Positions 54,319-64,000 of a stretch of DNA of 64,000 bases are shown here, one piece after another; position 1 is the stretch's first letter, and each line of letters starts with the position of its first letter. The notes under the pieces are model-generated. The model was given only the letters and a program-made list of their open reading frames with translations. It was not told where the DNA came from and did no database searches. The translations under genes were made by a program, and so were the position numbers. The stretch comes from Octopus sinensis (taxonomy: Eukaryota), in contig NC_043012.1 of the NCBI RefSeq assembly GCF_006345805.1, forward strand, positions 46,872,001 through 46,936,000. Direction: 5' to 3'.

Positions 54319-55101
54319 TATAAGGACAGCATTCATGGCGAACAAACTAATACAAAGATAAAGTGTTGTAACATATAAATGAGCCATTTGAAAGCACGTC
54401 TGCATGTATGAACATTAATATCTGTATAGGCCGGGATAAAGGCAATGTAAAATGTATTGATTAGATTGTTTCTAAAAGAGGACTTGTTCGATCGATTTGC
54501 TGAGTGTCTGAATATCGATAAGTGTTTCGAAAGTGCAGCGTTAGATTGGTGATGAATATTCCATATTTCTGTCTGGCAAGTAATCTTTTAAAAAGAGAAA
54601 TGCTGCTTCGAATTGGAAGGAAGACTATGTATATTCTTGAGAGGAAACTAAATTTCCTGGAGCAATACTTGGCAGTATTGATGATATAAGGTTGCGAAAA
54701 TAGGCTGGAAGTAGTCGAAAAAGAGAGTTATTTCCAAACGCAATTCTATTAAGAATCGAAAATATTATCCAAACAACTTAGTGGAATTCAAGGACCATAC
54801 ATGCTTGTGCGCATGTCCAGAAAATCACACCTATAACACACCTATAACACACACAATACACACACATACACACAGTCACGTACACGTGCGTTTATATATG
54901 TATATGTATATATATATGTGTATATATATGTATATATATATAGTGGTTAACTCTAGTGCTAGAGTTAACCACTTAACGGTAACTCTCTTATATTTACGTA
55001 TAAATTTGTATTGTCTCCCTGGTATTTTATGTGCTAGGCCACTTGGTGTTAAACTGATGGTAGTATTAAATTAATATCTAATTTTTCACCCTCATTTATG
55101 A

Positions 55102-55143
<42 letters not shown>

Positions 55144-55904
55144 CACACGTTCATAATTATGTATGCATGTGTATGTGCGCATTTGCGCATCTACGTGTGG
55201 GTCCCTAGAACAGTAATTGCTGTCTCGAAAATCATTATAGACTGTGTTCTCAGTGATGGTGACCTAATATTATCATTATGTTTAGATTATTAGATGTCTA
55301 ATCGTTTTCCCTTTTAGATCTGTCTCTCCCTCTCTGTCTATCACAGCTTGCAGCGTTGACTACTACAAACAATTGCTACCTTATACTTACATTTGGAGAT
55401 CGTTCCATTGGTCGGGTCATGCGGACACAAAAAAGTTAAACTTCCATCTTGCTATTCTTTAACTGTATTCTAATCAGAAATATATTTTGAAGGCACCTGA
55501 ATTTGTTTAATAGCCTTTTCACTTTCTTGAAGTGAGGTGCAATTCATTTAAATAACTTTTGAAATATTGCCTCTGAGCAAATGAACATTGGAAGCTATAA
55601 GTTTACCCACCTCAACTTGTAACACTACAATATCAACAACGTCGATGGTATCTGACAATACCTTACATTTCTTGATTAACTTACTCTTTCTTTGTTTTGA
55701 AAAAATAACATGTCCTTTGAATCTTTTATTTTGATATATAAGCAAATAAACAATTATAAACAATTTAAATAGTTAACCCTCTAAAACTTTGATTTCTGCA
55801 CCACGCAAACTGTATGAAGCTAAATATTGATATATTTCGGGGACAATTTTGAATGCATCTCTTTCTAGGTTAGTTAAGTGAAATATATTTGTCATTATCT
55901 TCAA

Positions 55905-56500
55905 TATTTATCATCACCTGGTCGAGGTTACGGGAGAATTTGTAACGCAGGCGCGCCATCCATCTCAGTCCTGTATTGGTTGAGGAACATCTTCGGGCAG
56001 GCATCCAGTAGCGCTGGTGTGTTGATCTACGTACGACGCTGTGTTCAGACGACTTGATCGCGTACGCCGGTGCTTTGGCGTCAATCGCAGTAGGTCACTT
56101 GCTAGCTCTTATTTAACTAGACAGTAATGTACTGCAAACGACAAGCTGCTTTCTCTAATAGTGGTGGAAAAAGGCAGGGGATCTCTATGCACCTGTTTCT
56201 TGGTGGTACGACTTCTCCAAGATATGTTTAAGACAGATATTAATATTTGCGTGTAGGGCACATCTGGCCTGCCTTCTAGTTTTTCTGTAAATGTCTAGGC
56301 TGTTGCCCCATCGCATGGGAAAATTACATTTAAGGTTGTCTGATAAGGTTGATTTCCAGACAACATCCAATTTGATTTGGTCCAACCATGCTTTGGATGT
56401 CTGGGTTTTTAAGCTCTTCTCAGTTGAGGCTGTCTCAGAAACGATATACGTAAAATAATCAAAATGATTGATGGGGGTCTCTGTTGATATTGGTGAACGA
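55905..56500 (-). mobile_element. RTE-like LINE 3' fragment
   Basis: Minus-strand translation includes KAWLDQIKLDVVWKSTLSDNLKCNF and ELASDLL...SYVDQ...TGCLPEDVPQPIQD*DGWR. Ends in a GATGATA tail. Confidence 0.7.
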
Positions 56501-58827
56501 TTCTTGTTGATTAAGCAACGAAATATGTTTTACAAGGACAAATAGATCGTCCAACATCATGTGTAGCTAATTCTAGACTATAAAGTAACTGGGTTGAATT
56601 TTATATTGTCACAGAGCAAGGCTAAAACATTAGAATAGTCTACATCAGTTAGAAAAAAAAAACATTCATTAATGACATGTCATTTTCAATTTTACCTTGC
56701 AAGTATTTGGACATGGAGTTGCAAAGAAGTTATGAGTGTAGTTATAAAAAATACGTAGATTCTCTAAAAATCACGTTGAATGTAGTAAATTCACATGTCA
56801 TTCTGGTGTCTGTTAGCTTTGTGCATAACAACACTTCATCAGTATTTATTTAATAATTAATTAGAGTGTAATTTGAGGATGATACACTTCATTTCGGTGC
56901 TGAATGAATTTGATTTACCAGTATTTAATTTGAATATTTTGAAGTGATGCAAAAAATAAATAAAACATTTAGATAAAAAAAAAACACCGAATGTAAGACA
57001 AACATAGCAAATACTTCAGATATATTTAACGGCTGATCTTGTATTAGTCTAAGAGCTGTGTTAACCTTAAATGATTAGAAATATTTTATAATTGTTTAAA
57101 TTAAGAAATAACACTAAATAGTAGCATATGAAGCAGTCGTGTATAAATATTTCATATTAAATATTCAAACATTGAAAACTGATGTTAGCTTATCCACAAT
57201 TATATCAGAGTTTAATGATTTACAACTAGCTGCAGGCATACACAAAGACTAGTTCCACAAAAGAAATTAGTTCAGCTGACCAGCAAATCAAATGCTAAAC
57301 TAATTACGATATTGGCAAGGCTTATTCGCAGTATATAGCGTTTGCAAAGTTGCTATAAACAAAAGTCGTACAAAGAGAAGGAAAAGGAATTAATTTATGT
57401 ACCACACAAATACACACAAACCTCCACAATGTATGTGTGTGTGTGTGCATGTTGACAGTTTGTCTTATTGTCTAGCTGGCTGGCTGAGTGTATGACTATA
57501 TGTGTGTTTGAATCTACCTATCAATCTGTCTATATATCTATCGTTCCTTCCTTCTATTTGTCAGATGGTATCAAAGGCTAATTTATTTAATCACGTGGTT
57601 TCCGTAGCGCTACAGCCGTTTCGCAATCTTGTTCAAGTAGTATTAATTTCACTATGTAAGAATTATATCTACTGACCTCTGCTTTTCAAACATTGTAAAT
57701 ATAAAGAACGAATAGTTTGCTGTACATTTAGTGTTGAACTCTTACTGTAAACCATGATGTTCTGATGATCTGATGAGCTAGCTTTCTTTGTATGCATTGA
57801 TTTGTGAATATGCAATTGTATTACAAATGACGAGCGATTCTCTGAATGTGTGCGTGTGTGTTGGGGAGGTGTTGGTTCGGTCTGTCTGTGTATGCACGCG
57901 CGTGTATATGTGTGCGTGTGTATGTGTTTGTGCCTAGAGTTAAAGAAACAGAAAAGGTACTCTATTAGAATTAAATTATGCAAACCACTCCAGGGACTAA
58001 TATGTCGATGTTGATCGGTGCTTAGCAGGGATGAACGTCGACGTCTGCTTTCGTGAGGTGAATATTCACTATTCTTCTCTATTGCCGGCAGGATGACACT
58101 TTCCTAGTGTCAAGCCGCTGGATTGCATTAATATTCCTACATGGTGATGTTCAATCTGTAAGTCATTACAAGTACTGCATGAGTGTAATTAGCTTTCATC
58201 CTGTTTAGCACAATCAGATCACGTTATAAGTGACATGTACCTTCGCGTGTACTTATCTCGCTGCGTATGTTTCATGGCTAAGTCTACCATGGCCTTCTCT
58301 TTGTCCGCCATCCACTCTGATGTCGTCTCTTAAACGTGGCGATGGTGTGTACACTGTTCTAATGATTGTATTCCTTGTTCGGATAGTTAGTCTGGGAATT
58401 GTTCCCATAGGATAGGTCGTTCATTGCATGGTGATAGTGCAGGATAGAAGTCATTTCAATGATCTCAATGATAGTAATCCATCTGTATGGTACATATTCA
58501 GATTGGTATTTCAAGTTTCTATGATTTTTAAAAGTTGAATTTCACACTTGCTGAGCAGACTCAGTGGAGACATTGAAGTACTTCTCTAACCAGAAATATG
58601 GCATGCTATCAGATGCTTTGTTAGGACGTTCTTTTTCTTGATTCGCTCTCTTTTTTATTACGGCTTTACTTTGAACGTTTATTCGCTTTCAATATTTGAG
58701 AGTCGCTTTGAAAAAATGTACAAAGAAAAGAAATTACAGATAATTTACCACTGAAACACACATTCTCCACTACTGCATTTGCGCATTTTGTCTCAAAATA
58801 TATGTACGTATGCATCTATGTCTGTAT

Positions 58828-59000
58828 GTAGTTATGTATGTATGTATGTATTTATGTATGTATGTATGTATGTATGTATGTATGTATGTATGTATGTATG
58901 TATGTATGTATGTATGTATGTATGTATGTATGTATTCATATATGTATGTATTATGTATGTATGTATGTATGTATGTATGCATGAATGTATGTATGTATAT
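58828..59000. repeat. (TATG)n tetranucleotide microsatellite
   Basis: Directly visible. Confidence 0.95.
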
Positions 59001-60919
59001 ATGCTGACAACGGAGAATATGCACGCGAAAGTAGATGTGCTATGCCTGAAACTTTGATCGTCATTATAAATATAATAAAATGATGGATTCGGATCTTTAT
59101 TCATTATAATCTTTTGATTCTGCTAGAGACAGTATTTCGTGGAATCTACAGATCTTACCGGAGATGAAACTGATGATAAACATTGTTGCTTTGCAGGCAA
59201 TGCATCAATAGTTACTCAGTTTTTGCTACGCTCCTTTCTTTTGGTGGCTGGGTTTGTGAGCCACACTAGGGACTTCTTTATATTATTGATGACTTGAGTG
59301 TGAGATCTTCCAGGAGGCTAGTCAGGACTTGATCCAGAAGTTAACTATCCATCTATCCATAAACACCTCTAGACCTTAGTCATGCTTATAACTCAATGGT
59401 GTTAGCGATATTGATATCAGCTTTTTAAAAAACAATTTATGTGATTGCGTTGGCTTTGATGATGCCGGATATAAGTAATTGTTTCACTGTGTTTTTCTTA
59501 TCTTCTCCCAGACCTTATTCTAAAGTTCTTCTAGTCCACTAATAGCAGATAGTCCACTGACAGTTGTAGTATTATTCACAAGCTTAGAGAATTATTGCGT
59601 TTTCTTTAAAAATGTTATTTAGCTAGAAGAGCTTGCTTTTGTGGAATCTCCTGTGTCTCTGTCTATGTTTTAATCTATTTGTTCAGGGTCTCTTTCTTTA
59701 TTTAGGTATCATCTTTCTGTGTGATATTGACTTTTTCTTCTATTTGTTTCCTTTCTCCCAGTTTCAATTTTGATTCAATGAAGCCTGAAACGATCACATA
59801 CATGGCATGGGTGATTTCACCTTGTTCTTGATAATTATGATGACTAGACCAATTATTTGAGTGGCGTTTTCTTTGATCTGGCGACAATTAGTCATTGTTT
59901 CTTAAGCGGCTCTTTCAGAATTTCTCATACTCTATTGAATATTGTCTTTAAGACAATTCTATCGTTTGCTTTCCTCTTGAAATCTACCTGAAAATTATTA
60001 TTTTCATACAGTACAGGTTAATAATTTTAACGCTTTTAGAGGACCAATTGAGAACTGTTTGACATTACATGAATGTATATATCTTCGTGTACCTTGTACT
60101 CTTGTCTTTGCACGGCCATTATCTTTATTTCTTTATTTCTCTCTATTAAGGCTTAAACCACTTTCCAAATATATTTGCTACTTGACATAGTAAGACAATA
60201 GTGTATGTGACTCCATTAGGTTGAAAACGATGCGATGTTTTCTACAATCATCCGAGATGCAACATGGGGTGCATCTAGTGGTGCAGTCTTCAGTACCCAA
60301 ATTATTTTTGATTACACTTGTTCCATTTACTGCAGCTCTGTAACTAAATGTTTAAAATTAAGTTCTTACTGTCAGAAATAAAATAGCTGAACTTCGATAC
60401 AAATGATATAATTACCTTGAGATATAAGAATTTTGAGATCAATACTCATTCTAGCTAAGCACAGTCAATTTAACTAAACTCTGCTCACATTTCTATATTC
60501 ACTTGGCCACAAAGATAACTATATCTCAGCGATTAATATCACAAGTAATGTCCTTGAATGTACCTACCTGTTTTCCCCACGACTGTAGTTATGTCCATCG
60601 AATAATCTCGATGCTTAAATAAAAGTTTTAAATCATGGTAGCTTTCCTATTTTTCAAAAAATATTTCTAAAGTAGAAGAATTTCACGAAAATATAAGTAA
60701 TTAAAGAGGACAGGGAATATTTGGTAGCTGAAGAGAAATGTAATCTTGTAATTTAAGAGCAGAATAAAGTTCTAATTTCCAAGCAAATGTTATTATTGCT
60801 AATTAAATCAGATAACGTTCTTAGTTGCATTATATTTCATAAACCGCAAATGCAATGAAAGAAATTCTGTCAGCTTCATTGGTAAATTCAGTATAAAATT
60901 TTAACCCTTCTTTCTATAG

Positions 60920-60940
60920 CATGAAGGCCTCAGAATTTCC
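60920..60940 (+). other. Candidate 21-nt microexon
   Basis: TTTAAC branch-like site + CCTTCTTTCTATAG| acceptor, CATGAAGGCCTCAGAATTTCC, |GTAAGT donor. Confidence 0.3.
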
Positions 60941-61029
60941 GTAAGTGAAGTAAAGTGAGTTTTAACGCAATTCGTAAATATACAGTGTCTAGGTAAATGC
61001 TATTCTCATATATATTGTTTTCAAATTTT

Positions 61030-61145
61030 GGAACAAGGTCGGAATATCCGGGGTAGGTGATAAGTCGATTACTACGATGACCAACTGATACTTATTTTAT
61101 CGACTCCGCGGTATGAAAGACAAAGTAAGCCGTGGCGGAATTGTC
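61030..61145 (-). mobile_element. tRNA-derived SINE 3' portion
   Basis: Reverse complement AATTCCGCC...GTCGATAAAATAAGTATCAGTT...GTAATCGACTTA matches the 26741 family body. Confidence 0.6.
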
Positions 61146-62744
61146 TCATATACTTTTAGGATAATCCTGTAATTTAAAATACTGGATGTAATCGCAAATA
61201 TGAAAGATTTAAAAACAAAAACAGACTCAACAATAACTGAGCTAATATATGCTGTGACTTCAGAAATCGGTGTAGCCGTAGTATTGGATATTTTACAACT
61301 AAATGCAGTAGCAATCTGTTAAATTTTATCATTGGGGACACGTAATTGTTTTTATTTTGTGTTAGTAATAATGTATAGAACACGTAAAATATTGTTCATT
61401 GTGAAATTATAATATCCAGTCTTAGAGAAAGGCAGCTGAAGAATGATAGGTCCAAATATATAAATCATAAACAAAATAGATTAGAGAGACATACTTTTAT
61501 ATAAAATTTTAAAATTCGCTTTAAATTCTACAACAATGTTTTACGTGCAATGCTTCCTATATATCAATAGGAATTACTGTATCTCCAGTTGCATCGAAAA
61601 TATATGGCGATACATTGGCTGAAAATTATACTTTCAGTCTGTCAAAAACTTCCTGCTAACAGAGTGGTATTTGAACACCATTAGAATAATAAAATAAAAC
61701 AACAACATGTGTTCCTATCAGCTCATTCCAGTAATTATGTCATTAAAAACCAATATCCAGGCTGGTTCTCGCACCATCTGGAGTCACTCCAAATGGAGAC
61801 TGGTTATAAAAATGTCATCGAAAGAGTTTAGAAATTTCATGTGACAATCCTGCTGAAGAACATGTTATAATTAAAATGACTAATTTTTTTTTATTTTCTC
61901 AAGAGGATATTCCATAATGTAAAAGAGAAATAGAACTAAACTAAAAACCGTCAATGTCTTACAACGTGTAATTTCTACTCGTCTAATTTTTTTTTTTTTT
62001 TTTGCTGTTGAATAAATTCTATTGCGGCTCTTTTGTAACGATACACGAAACAGCTGAATGGAATTGTCTATTCGGAATTCCTAGCATTTCTGCATTTTCT
62101 TGTTAATGTAACAGAAAAAAAGAAGGTTTAAAAAGGTTTTCCTAAGTGGACATTTTGAGGTACATGACAGGAAAAAAGCGGACAAATGAAATGGCATTTG
62201 CAAATAAGAAAATAGAAATAAATAACTATTGGCCGAGTTTTTAATCAATTTCAGGAAAGAAATATCTGCAATTATTGAAGCGTTCAAATTTCAGTGTGAA
62301 TGCAAGTAAATTCATAGTGTAAAGTACAGAGAGTAAAAGGTGTGTTCGTGGGATCGGAGATTAATTTAGAGGAGGAATGTTTTTTTGTGTATGTTATGGA
62401 CATAAATGCATTCAAAAATAAAAAAAAAGTAAAGAAGGGAGCTGACTTAAAGATAAGACGATAACTTTTTATGTTAGGCAACGGTGTCTCATACATTTGG
62501 TGATTTCTGAGATGTTCTTTTCCCTTTTGAGCTTCAAATATATACATAAATATATAGATACTCACATATGCATACATACACACACATACATATATATATA
62601 TATATTAGGTTGAGGAAAAAGATCGTGCGCCGTATTAAAATAATGCATTTTTAAATATATTTTGTGGTGTATATGTTCATTTTTTGCGATGTGTGTGTTC
62701 GTTTTAACACGACGCAGGAACTTTTCCCTCAACCTAGTATATAT

Positions 62745-63060
62745 ATATGAAGGAAGGTGGTTAGAGTATTACATTTACGATGACCAGATCGTAGGCTCAA
62801 TACCCGAACTAGGCACGGCGAATTTTATTCGTGAGGAAACACTTGATTTTGCGTTAATCTGCCATAATTTCGACTTGTAACGTGTTGCATAATTGCAGAT
62901 TTAATGGATGGAGGAACCTCATGTACAGCACTTACAATTCATCATAATAAACAAATAATTTGTGCAGGTCCCTCAGCTGAAGCTAGACTATCATAGGTCA
63001 TCTTCGATGGGGGATTCCATCCAGAATTCATGAATAGATCTATGTACTGCGGAGCCCTGA
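62745..63060 (+). mobile_element. Old tRNA-derived SINE-like element
   Basis: GTGGTTAGAGT A-box-like and GGCTCAATACCCG B-box-like motifs at tRNA-like spacing. Body highly diverged. Confidence 0.35.
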
Positions 63061-63514
63061 AAAGGTGGATAAATGTTATCCTCAGATATGTCTATGATCT
63101 CTTGCTTTCGAATTAGAACCTAGAGAAGTAGGACAAATCAGATAACCCTCAGTGCTCACTCTGCCGGTGTAGACTGACAATGGATCGCTGCTGAGCTTCT
63201 GCTAAGTAGCACTAGGCCAAAGACGATATATGTAGAATCGCAGTCAGTGCTTAAGGGGATCATGCACATGATAAGTACGGCAAAAGTGAAATCTAAAGCA
63301 ACAGAATCTCAATCAACATTCTACATAACTGGGGGCAGCAATTCATGACGAGAAACAGCTATGCCATACGAAGCACGGTAATGAAGTCTTCTGGGTGATT
63401 CGAATGACTGGGAGTGCTCAACGAAGTCACCCGAAAAAGTGACATGAGAGCGGATACATACAAAATTCCAGTTCATCAGGGCAACTGATTTTGATTCAAT
63501 TCAAGCTGCATTAA

Positions 63515-63561
63515 ATAATAATAACATCATTAACAACAACAACAACAATAATAATAATAAT

Positions 63562-63654
<93 letters not shown>

Positions 63655-63700
63655 AATAATAATAATAATAGTAATAATAACAATGATAATAATTATAATA
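63515..63700. repeat. (AAC)n/(AAT)n compound microsatellite
   Basis: Directly visible. Confidence 0.95.
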
Positions 63701-64000
63701 TTAATAGTCCCGGGCTAAATAACAACATGGACGTACACTAAGCAGCTCTCTCCACGAAACAAACCCAATCTAATAACATTGGTGCGGTGGAAGGAAATCT
63801 TTGCAATACATCTTGGGAAGAATTTCTGTTAAAGCAGCGGAACTAAAAAACCGCAAAGAGTTTTGTCATATAAAGGGTAGTTTCTTTCTTAAATGCCCGA
63901 TATAGAATCCAGCAACAGGAAACCTGGAAAAAAACCCACTTACACACTAACTATGGGATTTGAATAGTTACCTGTACATGCAACCGTCCATGTGTCCATG

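Noticed and set aside
57990-59900. Possible old LINE endonuclease and CR1 3' fragments on the minus strand
   Set aside because: Too degenerate to support with specific motifs.

Overview
AT-rich, microsatellite-dense eukaryotic DNA. It is probably octopus/cephalopod, inferred from SINE heads recalled from octopus genomes and from the repeat landscape. No conserved host gene is recognisable, and there is no CRISPR array, rRNA or true tRNA gene. Most identifiable sequence is transposon-derived. The largest element is a 7.4-kb Neptune-type Penelope-like element (PLE, 29886-37303) with ~0.9-kb pseudo-LTRs, an RT + GIY-YIG ORF and a hammerhead-like motif in each repeat. Fragments of at least three other PLE families occur, several in inverted arrangements and several with hammerhead-like cores. 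Also present are the 5' part of an L1/Tx1 LINE, RTE LINE 3' ends, a Gypsy remnant, mariner and maT DNA transposons, a Helitron-like element and tRNA-derived SINEs. The most interesting non-transposon signal is an unrecognised family of ~280-nt plus-strand modules at about 6.4-7.6, 18.6, 38.0-38.4 and 55.7 kb. They share phase-2 splice-like borders, a 56-nt GT-AG spacer and third-codon-position-biased divergence, suggesting a partly decayed repeated-domain gene or gene cluster. All alignments, folds and counts were made by eye.
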